Assembly: GCA_050251875.1 (NCBI GenBank)
Contig: JBFWMA010000002.1
Span: forward strand, 342,606 to 406,605
Reading direction: 5' to 3'
From: Deferribacterales bacterium
GTDB lineage: Bacteria; Chrysiogenota; Deferribacteres; Deferribacterales; Geovibrionaceae
DNA length: 64,000 nucleotides
The notes under the pieces were generated by a model. The model saw only the letters and a list, made by a program, of their open reading frames with translations, was not told the origin of the DNA and searched no databases. The position numbers and the translations under genes were made by a program. This document shows, piece after piece, positions 39,872 through 50,648 of this stretch (within the stretch, counting starts at the first letter, position 1; every line of letters begins with the position of its first letter).

Positions 39872-41681
39872 CGGTTTTATCTCCGCCCAGTTCGTCCATC
39901 AGCTTGTCTATCTCCGCTCCGTCTATGGTCTCTTTTTCCAGAAGCAGTTTAGCTGTGTGGTGCAGGAGATCTATATTGTCTTCCAGAATTCTTCTGGCTC
40001 TGTTATATCCGTCCATTACGAATGATTTAACTTCATCGTCAATCATGACGGCTGTGGTTTCGCTGTAATCTTTGGCATGTCCGATCTCTTTGCCCAGAAA
40101 TACCTGCTCATCCTTTTTGCCGTATGCCAGAGGTCCCATCTTCTTGCTCATACCCCAGCTGCATACCATCTTTCTGGCTATGTCGGAGGCTCTTTCGATG
40201 TCGTTTCCGGCTCCGGTGGAGAGTCTGCCGAAGATCACTTCCTCAGCCACACGTCCGCCCATCAGAACGGCGAGCATGCTGTCCATGTATTCTTTGGTAT
40301 ACATGTGTCTGTCGTCCACAGGGAGCTGCATGGTAACGCCCAGCGCCATTCCTCTGGGGATGATGCTCACTTTATGCACGGGGTCGGACTCAGGGATGAA
40401 TTTAGCCACGATGGCATGTCCCGCCTCGTGATAAGCCGTGTTCTCTTTCTCTTTGTCGCTGATAACCATGCTTCTGCGTTCTTTACCCATGATAACCTTG
40501 TCTTTGGCTTCTTCGAAATCCGCCATCTGAACAGATTCTTTGTTCTTTCTGGCAGCGACCAGAGCCGCTTCGTTAACAAGGTTGGCAAGCTCGGCTCCTG
40601 CGAATCCGGGTGTGCCTTTCGCTATCACTTCAAGATCTATGCCTTCGTCCATCTTCACTTTAGATGAGTGAACGTTCAGTATCTCAAGTCTTCCGTTCAT
40701 GTCGGGTCTGGGGACAACAACCTGACGGTCGAAACGTCCCGGTCTGAGCAGAGCGGGGTCAAGAACGTCCGGTCTGTTTGTGGCGGCTATCATGATAACG
40801 CCCTCGTTAGACTCGAAACCGTCCATCTCCACCAGAAGCTGGTTCAGTGTCTGCTCACGCTCATCGTGTCCGCCGCCGAGACCGGCGCCTCTGTGGCGTC
40901 CCACAGCGTCTATTTCATCCACGAAAATGATGCAGGGAGCGTTCTTCTTGCCCTGTTCGAAAAGGTCACGGACACGGGCAGCGCCCACACCCACGAACAT
41001 CTCTACAAAATCAGAACCGGATATGGAGAAGAAAGGTACTCCCGCCTCGCCCGCAACGGCTCTGGCAAGAAGAGTCTTACCTGTTCCGGGAGGTCCCACG
41101 AGCAGTACGCCCTTGGGTATCTTTCCGCCGAGTTTCTGAAATTTCTGAGCGTCTTTAAGGAAATCGATAATCTCTTCAAGCTCCTCTTTCGCCTCTTCTA
41201 TACCGGCCACATCCTTGAATGTGACCTTGTGCTGATCCTGTGTCAGCAGTTTCGCTTTTGATTTGCCGAAGCTGAAGGCTTTTCCGCCGCCTCCGCCCTG
41301 CATCTGACGCATAAAGAATATCCAGATACCGATCAGGATGATCATAGGCAGCCATGAAACCAGAACCTGCATGTACCAGGGGTTCTTGTCAGGCGGCATA
41401 GCGGTAATCTCCACCTTGTGGTCTCTGAGTATCTGTATCATGTTCATGTCGTTGTCGGGGGCATATGACTCGAACTGTCCGCCCTCGCCCAGCGTACCTG
41501 TAATTTTGTTCTGCTTCACAGTCACGGTTTTAACGTTGTTCGCCGTCACCTGGTTCATGAATTCAGAATAGCTGATATTTTTTCTGACTGTCTGCGTCCC
41601 GCTTATCACGTTGAACAGAAACACCATGATAAACGCTATAACAAGCCACAGTGCCAGATTCTTGTAAAATCCGTTATTCAT
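39843..41681 (-). CDS. ftsH: ATP-dependent zinc metalloprotease FtsH
   Basis: Two TM helices, [15 protein letters not shown] and HEAGH motifs; ATG 41681 after GGAG. Confidence 0.98.
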   Translation of the reverse strand: MNNGFYKNLALWLVIAFIMVFLFNVISGTQTVRKNISYSEFMNQVTANNVKTVTVKQNKITGTLGEGGQFESYAPDNDMNMIQILRDHKVEITAMPPDKNPWYMQVLVSWLPMIILIGIWIFFMRQMQGGGGGKAFSFGKSKAKLLTQDQHKVTFKDVAGIEEAKEELEEIIDFLKDAQKFQKLGGKIPKGVLLVGPPGTGKTLLARAVAGEAGVPFFSISGSDFVEMFVGVGAARVRDLFEQGKKNAPCIIFVDEIDAVGRHRGAGLGGGHDEREQTLNQLLVEMDGFESNEGVIMIAATNRPDVLDPALLRPGRFDRQVVVPRPDMNGRLEILNVHSSKVKMDEGIDLEVIAKGTPGFAGAELANLVNEAALVAARKNKESVQMADFEEAKDKVIMGKERRSMVISDKEKENTAYHEAGHAIVAKFIPESDPVHKVSIIPRGMALGVTMQLPVDDRHMYTKEYMDSMLAVLMGGRVAEEVIFGRLSTGAGNDIERASDIARKMVCSWGMSKKMGPLAYGKKDEQVFLGKEIGHAKDYSETTAVMIDDEVKSFVMDGYNRARRILEDNIDLLHHTAKLLLEKETIDGAEIDKLMDELGGDKTVETPDTVIV

Positions 41682-41692
41682 AATCACTCCAC

Positions 41693-42235
41693 TTAATCAC
41701 TTTTGGAGTCTGTAAACTCCACCGTGCATATATTTTTTAAATTTCTGTAATATCCGTCATAATCCAGTCCGTAGCCGACCACGAACTTGTCTTCAATCTC
41801 GAACCCTCTGTAGTCGAGGGATATGGGAGCCACTCTTCTTTCGGGCTTGTCCAGAAGCGCCACTATCTTCATGGTGGCGGGATTTCTGACGCTTAAAGTA
41901 TTTTTAAGATATGTCAGAGTGTTTCCCGTGTCCAGAATATCTTCGACAATAAGGACATTTACTCCTTCCAGAGGTCTGTCCAGATCGTATAAAAGTCTTA
42001 CGCTGCCTGTGGAGTCTGTGCCTTCATAGCTGGACACAGCCAGAAAAGCTATCTCCACGTTCACTCCGTCCATCTCACGCACGAGGTCGGACATAAAAAT
42101 GACAGACCCTTTCAGCACTCCGATGGCGAGCACATTTTCGCCTTTATAGTCATCGCTGATCTGTTTTCCGAGCTCTTTAACCCTCGCCCGGATAGTATCT
42201 TCGCTGATCATTTCTTTCAAAACATGAGGCTTCAA
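41693..42235 (-). CDS. hpt: Hypoxanthine phosphoribosyltransferase
   Basis: [16 protein letters not shown] and FVVGYGLDY motifs; TTG start at 42235 after AAAGGAG. Confidence 0.95.
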   Translation of the reverse strand: MKPHVLKEMISEDTIRARVKELGKQISDDYKGENVLAIGVLKGSVIFMSDLVREMDGVNVEIAFLAVSSYEGTDSTGSVRLLYDLDRPLEGVNVLIVEDILDTGNTLTYLKNTLSVRNPATMKIVALLDKPERRVAPISLDYRGFEIEDKFVVGYGLDYDGYYRNLKNICTVEFTDSKSD

Positions 42236-42260
42236 CTTCCCTCTCCTTTGAATCCCGTTT

Positions 42261-43490
42261 TTAATTAAGTGATATAGTATCATCATGTGAGATATTTTCA
42301 ACCCATACGATACTATTTTTTTCAAGAATTATTAATGCTGTATCCCGTGTGTAAAGGTCAAGTTTTTTATCGATAAAAACATCTTTCAGTTTCTTGTTTC
42401 CCAGACGGTCTCCCACACGCCTGTTTCTGACTGTCAGCTCTCTGTCTGTCCAGTCTCCGAAGAAGCTAAGCGACTTTCCCAGATGGGTAATTTTCACTGC
42501 GTTCTGTCCGGCGGGCTTTGTCACCTCGAAATGAGCTATGTTTCTGGAATGAAACAGCCTGATAAACTTATCGCTCTTCTCGAACTTATAATTATCCGGC
42601 AGATCCACACGCACGGAATAATCGTTCTCCATGAGCTTCATCATCTCTGTCAGGTGCCTGCGTTCGAAACGGAAACATGATGACCCCATGTAGTGCAGGA
42701 GGTATTCTTTCTCTATTTCTTCCAGTTTTTCAAACGATCTTGTCTTTACCGCCATTACGTTATTGGCTTCTATTGTCACCATAGGTTTAAGTTTATTCGA
42801 TAAATAATTGTTAAACCTGCTGGAATCTTCTAAAATAGCTGTAATATTATCTTCGTATCCCTGTCTGAACTCCGCCAGTTTCTCCGTGATATTTTTTCTC
42901 ACGAAGTTTCTCAGGTAGTGCTCGTCACTGTTGGTTTCATCAAAGACATGAGAAACATCGCATTTGTTCAGATATTCCACCACTTCATCGGTAGAAATAT
43001 CCAGCATCAGCCTGCGCACCTTGCCGTCCTGGGGGCTGATTCCTCTGAGAGAAAAGACCGAAGCGCCCTGCACAGCCTGAATGAAGAAGGTCTCCACCAG
43101 ATCGTTTCTGGTGTGCGCAGTCAGAATCATGTCACTGCCGAAATGATCCGCCGCCGCCTCCAGAGCTCTGTATCTGATAACTCTGGCGCCGTGCTCGAAG
43201 CTCATCTTCTTAACGGCGCAGTACCTCGGCACATCGCATTTATATGAGATAAAAGGAATATCCAGCTTTTCGCAGAGATCTGAGCAGAATTTCTCGTCCC
43301 AGTCGGCACGTTTGCGGAACATATGGTTAACATGACACGCAGACAGGCTGTAACTCTTTATCCCCTGATTTTTTTTAAGAAAATACAGCAGAGAGACAGA
43401 ATCTTTTCCGCCGGACAAGGCTATAAGCAGATTTTTTCCGTTCAGCTCACCCAGACGCGCGGAGAGTTTTTTCTCAAATGATAAAGTCAT
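42261..43490 (-). CDS. tilS: tRNA(Ile)-lysidine synthetase
   Basis: ALSGGKDS, HVNH, TAHTRND and DETN...RNFVR motifs; start moved to 43490, overlapping the pgi end. Confidence 0.92.
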   Translation of the reverse strand: MTLSFEKKLSARLGELNGKNLLIALSGGKDSVSLLYFLKKNQGIKSYSLSACHVNHMFRKRADWDEKFCSDLCEKLDIPFISYKCDVPRYCAVKKMSFEHGARVIRYRALEAAADHFGSDMILTAHTRNDLVETFFIQAVQGASVFSLRGISPQDGKVRRLMLDISTDEVVEYLNKCDVSHVFDETNSDEHYLRNFVRKNITEKLAEFRQGYEDNITAILEDSSRFNNYLSNKLKPMVTIEANNVMAVKTRSFEKLEEIEKEYLLHYMGSSCFRFERRHLTEMMKLMENDYSVRVDLPDNYKFEKSDKFIRLFHSRNIAHFEVTKPAGQNAVKITHLGKSLSFFGDWTDRELTVRNRRVGDRLGNKKLKDVFIDKKLDLYTRDTALIILEKNSIVWVENISHDDTISLN

Positions 43491-44832
43491 CCTGCTTTTT
43501 GTATATCTCCTCAAATTTTTTCTTGGTTGAGTCGTACCCCTGTCTGCCCATAATGGCGTAGGCATAGTCTTTGCCCTCTTCCACACCGGGCTGGTCGAAC
43601 GGGTCTATGTCGCATGCCAGACCGATCACAGGAACGATATACTGCCACAGCATGAACAGAGCGCCTATGGCGAACTCGTCCACTATGTCCAGAGATATCT
43701 TCAGCGAGGGTCTTCCCGCGTTTTTCAGAGCGGCCTCAGTACCCATCAGCTCAACATTGCAGAGCTGTCCGAGAGTATGACCGTTCAGATAGTTATATGC
43801 CTCATAGGCGGATGTAATCTTCTTATCTTTGTCGTGGTTCAGCACTTCTATGAAGGTGAAAACCTTGTCGTCCGGTCCCTCTTTATAAAGCTGAACCTGA
43901 GAATGCTGGTCTATCGTTCCTGTGGCTCTCACAGGTGTAGTGCCGAAGAAGACCTCTTTTCCGTCTTTCGTCTTCGCCTTGCCCAGACTCTCGCCCCACA
44001 GCTGGCAGTACCAGTCGGCGAATGAAATCAGTCTGGATGAATAAGGCATCATGACGTTTATCGATTTTCCGTGATCCATAAAATACATATAGATTGCGGA
44101 CATGGTGATTACTTTTTCATAATTGTCCTTAGTGGCGAAAGCCGCTCCTTCGAGCAGTTTTTCCACATCCAGCCCCAGCACGGCGGCAGGGATCAGTCCC
44201 ACGGGGGACAGAACGCTGAAACGCCCGCCAACATTCGGCTGAACATTGAAAGTGATGAATCCTTTCTCTCTGCTCATAGCTCTCAGAGCGCCCTTTTCGG
44301 GGTCTGTGATGGCGCATATCTGTTTTTTCGGGTCTTTTACTTTAGATGAAAGCCACTCATAGATAATGCTGAAATTAGCCGCAGTCTCCACAGTGCTTCC
44401 GGATTTTGTGATGATACATACGAAAGTATCCTCCGGCTGACATTCCGTCAGGATGGACGTCATTTTGCACGGGTCAACGTTGTCCGCCACCCACACACGG
44501 GGAAAACAGCCTCTCTCAGCGAAAGAACGGGCGTTGTATCCGTATGTCAGCATGGCGTTGCAGAGAGTCTCCACGCCGAGAGAGCTGCCGCCTATGCCGA
44601 CAACTATCAGGTCGTTGAATTTTCCACTGACCTCTTTTGCGAATTTTTTAATGGGGGCAATGTCCTGTTTGGGCAGATTGATAAACCCGGCCTGACCGTC
44701 ATCGAACATGTGCAGCAGACGGGCGAGACCTATCTTGGCCTTTTCCTTATACTGCTCCATGGAAGCGTCATCCAGTCCGCCTTGAACATGTTTATCCATA
44801 ACATAATTATAATCAACCCTGATTCGTTTCAT
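43474..44832 (-). CDS. pgi: Glucose-6-phosphate isomerase
   Basis: GIGGSSLG, TKSGSTVET, VGGRFSV, QLWGESLGK and FDQPGVEEGK motifs. Confidence 0.95.
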   Translation of the reverse strand: MKRIRVDYNYVMDKHVQGGLDDASMEQYKEKAKIGLARLLHMFDDGQAGFINLPKQDIAPIKKFAKEVSGKFNDLIVVGIGGSSLGVETLCNAMLTYGYNARSFAERGCFPRVWVADNVDPCKMTSILTECQPEDTFVCIITKSGSTVETAANFSIIYEWLSSKVKDPKKQICAITDPEKGALRAMSREKGFITFNVQPNVGGRFSVLSPVGLIPAAVLGLDVEKLLEGAAFATKDNYEKVITMSAIYMYFMDHGKSINVMMPYSSRLISFADWYCQLWGESLGKAKTKDGKEVFFGTTPVRATGTIDQHSQVQLYKEGPDDKVFTFIEVLNHDKDKKITSAYEAYNYLNGHTLGQLCNVELMGTEAALKNAGRPSLKISLDIVDEFAIGALFMLWQYIVPVIGLACDIDPFDQPGVEEGKDYAYAIMGRQGYDSTKKKFEEIYKKQDDFII

Positions 44833-46594
44833 CAGTTACCTCCAGAAAACGAACTGCCTCATCAATAGTATTGATCCTGGGCACATTTATTAACACATCA
44901 CGGAAATACTTTCCATAATTTTTGGTTTCCATTCTGTTATCCAGCACAGCCCAAATGCCGAAATCCTCCTCGTGGCGCAGGAGTCTTCCAACAGCCTGTC
45001 GATAGTATATCACAGCCCGGGGCAAAAAATAATCTTTAAAAGGATCCTGACCTTTATTTTTCAAAGAAGCTGCGTGTTCCTTCAGAATTATATCGTCCGG
45101 ATATTCAAAAGGGAGTTTATCCAGAACAACATAACTTATTCCGGTATGAGCGAAATCCATCCCCTCTCTGAAAACGGCGCACCCTATGAAAAAAGTGTCG
45201 GTAAAACCTTCCGTGTCGCTGATGTCTATCTCTGTCTGAGTAAACACCCTGTCCGGAATTATGTTTTTCAGCAGTTTTGCTATTTTATACATTCTGGCGG
45301 TGCTGTTGCAGATCACCAGAACAGAGCCTTTCGCTTTCAGAGCCAGCTCTTCATAAAAGCTGTCGTTACAGTCAGTAACCATAAGCCTGCCCTGTTCTTC
45401 GAAATTAAACACTGGTTCGAGGCTTTTCAGAGCTACTTCGTCCTCGGCGTATCCTATCTCGCCCAGAAAATATGAAAAGCTCTCTTTAGCCGAAAGAGTG
45501 GCGCTGACAAACACCGGTGAGGCGCAAGAGTTTTTGAGCCCCTCACGCAGTTTATCGGATGCGTCCAGCGGGATATACTGTAATATGATGTCGCCGCGCT
45601 CCTGCTCGCAGTAGCGCACGCCCTCTCCATCCGCCAGAACGCTTTTTGCCTTTTCAGACAGCCTCTTATGTATCTGTTTTATATCTTCTATGTCTTTGTC
45701 GCCCAGCACCTTGTCGGCGAATGATATATATGACGTGAGGCGTTCCGATATGTCCGCCGTATACCGTCTTTCCGTCAGATCCTCCAGCAGACCGGACAGC
45801 AGTCCGGCGGTTATCTCTATATCTCTGGGGTCAAATATCGGTCTGTTTTCGTTCATCACCTTCAGATAGCTTCTGAGCGACAGCTCAGTTCCGGCGAATC
45901 TGGGGAAAATATCGGGTATGGAGTGCGCCTCGTCCATGATTATGTGGTCGGCGAAATCCAGTATCATAGCGTGCTCATTCTCTGATTTCAGAGCAAAGTC
46001 GCTCATCAGCAGATAGTGGTTGGTTATCACTATATCGGCATCGTTCGCCTTCTGCTTGGCTCTGTAGAAAGAGCAGATATCATAAAACTCGCATTTGGAC
46101 GACATGCACTGCCATGAATCCACTGTAACGCTCTCTATATCGGCGGCGCTGAAAACGCCCACCGGAATCTCTATAACTTCTCTGTCAGCGACAGTCTCAT
46201 ACCATTCGACTATATTCTGATATCTGAGTGCGTGGGGATAGATAAACTTGAAAAAACGCAGATGACAGAAATAGTTTCTTCTGCCTTTCAGAACGGCGAC
46301 ATTCTTCTCCGTGCCGAAAATCTTCTGGGCTGTGGTGATATCTTTTCCGGATATCTGAGACATGAGCTGTTTTGTTTTTGTGGAGATGATGGTTCTGCGG
46401 TTCAGCTCAAAAGCGGGGATCAGATACGCCATGGTCTTTCCGGAGCCTGTGGGGGCTTCCAGAACCGCCGGGGTGTGATCCTTCATGCAGTCATAGATGA
46501 ACTCGGACGCCTCCGACTGAGCCTTTCTCCTGCGGTATCTCGGCACAGCTTTTTCCAGCGGGCCGCCTTCTTGGAAATAATGTTTAACTGACAT
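44813..46594 (-). CDS. DinG/YoaA-family Fe-S DNA helicase
   Basis: APTGSGKT, KGRRNYFC, Cys cluster, DEAH, SATL and QAVGRLLR motifs; start moved to ATG 46594 (MSVKHYFQEGGPL). Confidence 0.9.
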   Translation of the reverse strand: MSVKHYFQEGGPLEKAVPRYRRRKAQSEASEFIYDCMKDHTPAVLEAPTGSGKTMAYLIPAFELNRRTIISTKTKQLMSQISGKDITTAQKIFGTEKNVAVLKGRRNYFCHLRFFKFIYPHALRYQNIVEWYETVADREVIEIPVGVFSAADIESVTVDSWQCMSSKCEFYDICSFYRAKQKANDADIVITNHYLLMSDFALKSENEHAMILDFADHIIMDEAHSIPDIFPRFAGTELSLRSYLKVMNENRPIFDPRDIEITAGLLSGLLEDLTERRYTADISERLTSYISFADKVLGDKDIEDIKQIHKRLSEKAKSVLADGEGVRYCEQERGDIILQYIPLDASDKLREGLKNSCASPVFVSATLSAKESFSYFLGEIGYAEDEVALKSLEPVFNFEEQGRLMVTDCNDSFYEELALKAKGSVLVICNSTARMYKIAKLLKNIIPDRVFTQTEIDISDTEGFTDTFFIGCAVFREGMDFAHTGISYVVLDKLPFEYPDDIILKEHAASLKNKGQDPFKDYFLPRAVIYYRQAVGRLLRHEEDFGIWAVLDNRMETKNYGKYFRDVLINVPRINTIDEAVRFLEVTDETNQG

Positions 46595-46629
46595 TGATAC
46601 AGAATAGTTGAATAAATGGTTTGTTTCAA
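46594..46629 (-). promoter_or_regulatory. Predicted leaderless promoter of the dinG-like gene
   Basis: Minus strand TTGAAA(46629-46624)-17 bp-TATTCT(46606-46601)-6 bp-ATG(46594); no SD. Confidence 0.65.
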
Positions 46630-46636
46630 ATATATT
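46608..46636 (+). promoter_or_regulatory. sigma70-type promoter of htrA, overlapping the dinG promoter
   Basis: TTGAAT(46608-46613)-17 bp-TATATT(46631-46636). Confidence 0.55.
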
Positions 46637-46665
46637 CTCCATATCAAGAAAAAAAGGTATGCCTG

Positions 46666-47982
46666 ATGAAAAAAATAATTCTCATAATATGCGTGCTGGC
46701 TATGGTCTTCGGATGCGGCAAAGAGGATAAAAAAGATTCCGGCTCTCTTCAGGACAGTCTTCCAGCCGGAAGCAAGCGCTACACACCCGTTGTGGACGCC
46801 GTTAAAAGGATCGAAGACTCCGTGGTGAATATCAGAACAGAGAAGATAATAACCACATCCATAGGTCCATCAGGTGACGAAACTCTCCACGGCGAAAACT
46901 ATATCAACGATTTCTTCGGGCATAACAGAACATATAAAACACAGAGTTTGGGTTCCGGATTCATCGTGGAAGATGACGGGATTATCATAACTAACTATCA
47001 TGTAATAGAATCAGCATCTAAAATATATGTCCTTCTGAACGACAACAGCGTTTATGAGGCAAAACTTCTGGGCGGGGACAACATAATCGACCTTGCCGTG
47101 CTGAAGATACTGAAGGCCGACAGAAAATTTCCCACGGCGGCTCTGGGTGACAGCGACAAGGCTCTGCTGGGCGAAAGCGTCATAGCCATGGGCAACCCTT
47201 ACGGTCTGAACAGCTCCATCACCACAGGGGTCATCAGCTCCGTCAGACGTATCATCCACATAGGTCTCGGATATTCTGTCTTCATGCAGACTGACGCCCT
47301 TATCAACCCAGGCAACTCCGGTGGTCCTCTGGTGAATATGGACGGAGAGGTGATCGGCATCAACTCCGCTATGGTTCAGCAGGCGCAGGGGATATGTTTT
47401 TCCATACCTATCAACACAGCCATGCGTATTCTGCCGGAAATCCTGAAAACCGGAAAAGTCCGCATGGGCTACATGGGCATATCCGTGACAGAGACGAAGG
47501 ACGACAACGGCATACACCTTGTCATCACCAGCGTGGGCAAAGATTCCAACGCTGAGAAAATCGGCATAAAAGCCAACGACATAATACTTCAGGTGAACGG
47601 GATTCCTATATCATCCCTGCTGGCTATGAGCAACATGCTGAGAAGCTATCCCACCGGCGCTCCGGTCTCCATGATAATCGAGAGGGGGACTAAAACGTTC
47701 AAGGGACAGGTTCTGATGGCTGATTATCCCGAAAACTATGGAATAAATCTGCTCAGGAGCAACTACGGGCTTGATTTCGCCGTTGAAAACAACCTTATGA
47801 CTATCATAAAAAGCACGGAGAGCGATTCTGTCATGGTCGGCGACATTCTGGTGGCGGTGAACGACAGCGAGGTTAAGTCATTGGAAGAGCTGAATGATTT
47901 TGTCATGGATAATCTGGGCAGACAGATTACATTCACCATCTACAGAAAGGGAACTCTCTTAAGACTGAAAGTCCAGATATAA
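46666..47982 (+). CDS. HtrA/DegP-family serine protease with PDZ domains, probable lipoprotein
   Basis: MKK...LAMVFGC signal, GSGF, TNYHV, DLAVL and INPGNSGG motifs; start moved to ATG 46666. Confidence 0.92.
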   Translation: MKKIILIICVLAMVFGCGKEDKKDSGSLQDSLPAGSKRYTPVVDAVKRIEDSVVNIRTEKIITTSIGPSGDETLHGENYINDFFGHNRTYKTQSLGSGFIVEDDGIIITNYHVIESASKIYVLLNDNSVYEAKLLGGDNIIDLAVLKILKADRKFPTAALGDSDKALLGESVIAMGNPYGLNSSITTGVISSVRRIIHIGLGYSVFMQTDALINPGNSGGPLVNMDGEVIGINSAMVQQAQGICFSIPINTAMRILPEILKTGKVRMGYMGISVTETKDDNGIHLVITSVGKDSNAEKIGIKANDIILQVNGIPISSLLAMSNMLRSYPTGAPVSMIIERGTKTFKGQVLMADYPENYGINLLRSNYGLDFAVENNLMTIIKSTESDSVMVGDILVAVNDSEVKSLEELNDFVMDNLGRQITFTIYRKGTLLRLKVQI

Positions 47983-47992
47983 ATTATCCAAT

Positions 47993-48036
47993 AATTGATT
48001 TAGCTCAATTTAATTCGGATTAACATGGTCTATTCT
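47993..48036 (+). promoter_or_regulatory. Crp/Fnr-family box and -10 element of hcp
   Basis: TTGAT-TTAG-CTCAA (47995-48008) within inverted arms AATTGA/TCAATT; TATTCT at 48031-48036 puts the box centre at about -41.5. Confidence 0.7.
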
Positions 48037-48073
48037 CCTGCTATGAAGTAATTCAACACAGGAGGAACACTAC

Positions 48074-49696
48074 ATGAGCATGTTCTGTTTTCAATGTCAG
48101 GAAGCCGCTAAAGGCACAGGATGCACAGTAAGAGGCGTATGCGGAAAAACCGAAAGCTGCGCTGATCTTCAGGATGCGCTGGTATACACACTGAAAGGTC
48201 TGTCCGTTTATGCGGAAGGCATCAAAGACGCTGATAAAAAATACGGCAGATACGTTAATCAGGCGCTTTTCGCCACAATCACAAACGCTAACTTCGATGA
48301 CGCCAGAATATATGAACTGATTCTCGAAGGCGTAAAACTGCGTGACGAAGCAAAAGCAGCTTCCACAGTGGTATCCACACTCGACTGCGCCTCATGGGCT
48401 CCCAAAAGCATGGAAGACGCCGTTGCTAAGGGTGCTTCTTTCGGCGTTCTCGCCACAGAGAACGAAGATATCAGATCTCTCCGTGAGCTTATGGTATACG
48501 GACTGAAAGGTGTAGCGGCATACGCAGACCACGCCTATGTTCTGGGATACGAAGATACATCAATATACGCCCACGCTTTCACAGCTCTGGCGGCTACCAC
48601 AAAATCACTCTCCGCTGAAGAGCTCATCGGGCTCATCATGAAAACAGGCGAGATAGCCGTTACAACTATGGCTCTGCTGGACAAAGCCAACACAACAACA
48701 TACGGCAGCCCCGAAGTGACAGAAGTCAATATCGGTGTCGGCGCTAACCCCGGAATACTCATCTCCGGTCACGACCTGAAAGACATGAAAGAGCTTCTGG
48801 AGCAGACAAAAGGAACAGGCGTTGATGTATATACACACAGCGAGATGCTCCCCGCACACTACTACCCCGAGTTCAAAAAATACAGCCACCTGAAAGGCAA
48901 CTACGGCAACGCATGGTGGAAACAGGATAAAGAGTTCGAGTCTTTCAACGGACCTATCCTGATGACAACAAACTGCATCGTGCCTGTAAAAGACGCATAC
49001 AAAGGCAGAATGTACACAACCGGTATGGCTGGCTACCCTGGGCTTAAGCACATCGCTGACGCTCCCGCTGGACAGCAGAAAGATTTCAGCGCAATCATTG
49101 CTCAGGCTAAAACTTGCCCCGCCCCCACACAGATTGAGGACGGAAAGATAGTCGGCGGATTTGCCCACGCTCAGGTTATGGCTGTTGCCGACAAAGTTGT
49201 AGACGCTGTTAAATCAGGCGCCATCAAAAGATTTGTCGTAATGGCAGGATGCGACGGCAGACACAAAGAGAGAAGCTACTTTACAGACGTGGCTGAGGCT
49301 CTGCCGAAAGACGCTGTGATCCTGACAGCCGGCTGCGCAAAATACCGCTACAACAAGCTGAACCTCGGCGACATCGGCGGTATCCCCAGAGTTCTGGACG
49401 CAGGACAGTGCAACGACAGCTATTCTCTGGCTGTGATCGCTCTTAAACTGAAAGAAGTGTTTGGTCTGGAAGATATAAACGAGCTTCCCCTCTCCTTCGA
49501 CATAGCATGGTACGAGCAGAAGGCGGTTGCCGTTCTCCTCGCCCTGCTCTTCCTCGGAGTGAAAGGAGTACGCCTCGGACCGACCCTTCCCGCTTTCCTG
49601 TCACCTAACGTGGCGAAAGTGCTGGTAGAAAACTTCGACATCAAGCCCATCGGCGATGTGGCAGGCGATGTAGAAAAAATAATGGCAGGATGCTGA
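48074..49696 (+). CDS. hcp: Hybrid cluster protein (hydroxylamine/NO reductase)
   Basis: N-terminal CX2CX8CX5[26 protein letters not shown] and WYEQKA motifs. Confidence 0.97.
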   Translation: MSMFCFQCQEAAKGTGCTVRGVCGKTESCADLQDALVYTLKGLSVYAEGIKDADKKYGRYVNQALFATITNANFDDARIYELILEGVKLRDEAKAASTVVSTLDCASWAPKSMEDAVAKGASFGVLATENEDIRSLRELMVYGLKGVAAYADHAYVLGYEDTSIYAHAFTALAATTKSLSAEELIGLIMKTGEIAVTTMALLDKANTTTYGSPEVTEVNIGVGANPGILISGHDLKDMKELLEQTKGTGVDVYTHSEMLPAHYYPEFKKYSHLKGNYGNAWWKQDKEFESFNGPILMTTNCIVPVKDAYKGRMYTTGMAGYPGLKHIADAPAGQQKDFSAIIAQAKTCPAPTQIEDGKIVGGFAHAQVMAVADKVVDAVKSGAIKRFVVMAGCDGRHKERSYFTDVAEALPKDAVILTAGCAKYRYNKLNLGDIGGIPRVLDAGQCNDSYSLAVIALKLKEVFGLEDINELPLSFDIAWYEQKAVAVLLALLFLGVKGVRLGPTLPAFLSPNVAKVLVENFDIKPIGDVAGDVEKIMAGC

Positions 49697-49704
49697 TAAA
49701 TTAA

Positions 49705-49733
49705 GGCGGCATATAAAATGCCGCCCTACTTTT
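49705..49733 (+). terminator. Intrinsic terminator candidate after hcp
   Basis: GGCGGCAT-ATAAA-ATGCCGCC followed by CTACTTTT. Confidence 0.6.
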
Positions 49734-49757
49734 CATAAAAAATACACGCCTTTTTTT

Positions 49758-49788
49758 GTTCCCCTCTTTGTAAAGGGGGGAACTTTTT
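49758..49788 (+). terminator. Second terminator-like hairpin after hcp
   Basis: GTTCCCCTCTT-TGTA-AAGGGGGGAAC followed by TTTTT. Confidence 0.6.
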
Positions 49789-49794
49789 CTAGTG

Positions 49795-49830
49795 TTGCTT
49801 TTGGTTCAAATGACATCTATTATAAACCTA
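49795..49830 (+). promoter_or_regulatory. Predicted leaderless promoter of the MBL-fold gene
   Basis: TTGCTT(49795-49800)-17 bp-TATTAT(49818-49823)-6 bp-ATG(49830); no SD. Confidence 0.65.
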
Positions 49831-50648
49831 TGAAAATAACCATAATCGCAGACAACTATGTGGACAAAAGCTCATATCTGGCTGAACACGGATTCTCCTG
49901 TTTCATAGAGACAGCGGATTTCGATATACTTTTCGATACCGGTCAGGGTGACGCCTTCATCAACAACCTGAAACTGCTGAACATAAAACACGCCGACTTT
50001 CTGGCTCTGTCGCACGGGCATTACGACCACACAGGCGGTCTCAGCCGTCACCTTTACGACTGTGCGGCAATCACCACTGACATCTATGCCAGCAGATACA
50101 TTTTCGATAATCACTTAAGAAAGAATCCGGACGGGTCTTTTGACTTTAACGGTTTCGGAAGCAGCAGAGATGAAATATCAGATAACTTCAAACTGCATCT
50201 GAACACCGGATTCACGCAGATCGCGGAAAATGTTTTCTTATCCGGCACCATCGACCGTGAGATAAATTTTGACGCAGATGCCCTGCTTTATGCGGAAATA
50301 GACAGCCACACCAGAAAAGACATGTTCAGAGACGAACAGTATATGATAATCCGTGAGGAGGACGGTATCCACCTGATAAGCGGATGCACCCACTGCGGAG
50401 CGGAAAACCTGCTGAGACACGCCAAAAAGCTGTTTCCGGACGACAGGATAATATCTTTGACCGGAGGTCTGCACCTTTACCGCTCGACACAGGACGACAT
50501 CAACAGCGTCATAGAGTTTCTGGAAAAGGAAGATATAAAAATAATAGCCACAGGACACTGCACAGGGATAGAAGCAATATTTCAGATGAAAAGCAGACTG
50601 GGCGACAAAGTTATCTTCACCAAAGCCGGAATGGAAATAAGATATTAG
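49830..50648 (+). CDS. MBL-fold metallo-hydrolase (COG1237-like)
   Basis: AEHGFS, LFDTG, SHGHYDHTGG, GCTH, GGLHL and HCTG motifs. Confidence 0.9.
   Translation: MKITIIADNYVDKSSYLAEHGFSCFIETADFDILFDTGQGDAFINNLKLLNIKHADFLALSHGHYDHTGGLSRHLYDCAAITTDIYASRYIFDNHLRKNPDGSFDFNGFGSSRDEISDNFKLHLNTGFTQIAENVFLSGTIDREINFDADALLYAEIDSHTRKDMFRDEQYMIIREEDGIHLISGCTHCGAENLLRHAKKLFPDDRIISLTGGLHLYRSTQDDINSVIEFLEKEDIKIIATGHCTGIEAIFQMKSRLGDKVIFTKAGMEIRY

Noticed and set aside
44813..46594. DinG, HD-domain and PIN-domain genes as parts of a defence or type IV CRISPR system
   Set aside because: They are far apart, each sits in a housekeeping context, and there are no cas genes, arrays or mobility genes.
46595..46665. 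ORF-track starts at 46642 (minus) and 46621 (plus) implying head-to-head overlap of dinG and htrA
   Set aside because: The extensions lack SD sequences and cover predicted promoter boxes; family-like N-termini begin at 46594 and 46666.
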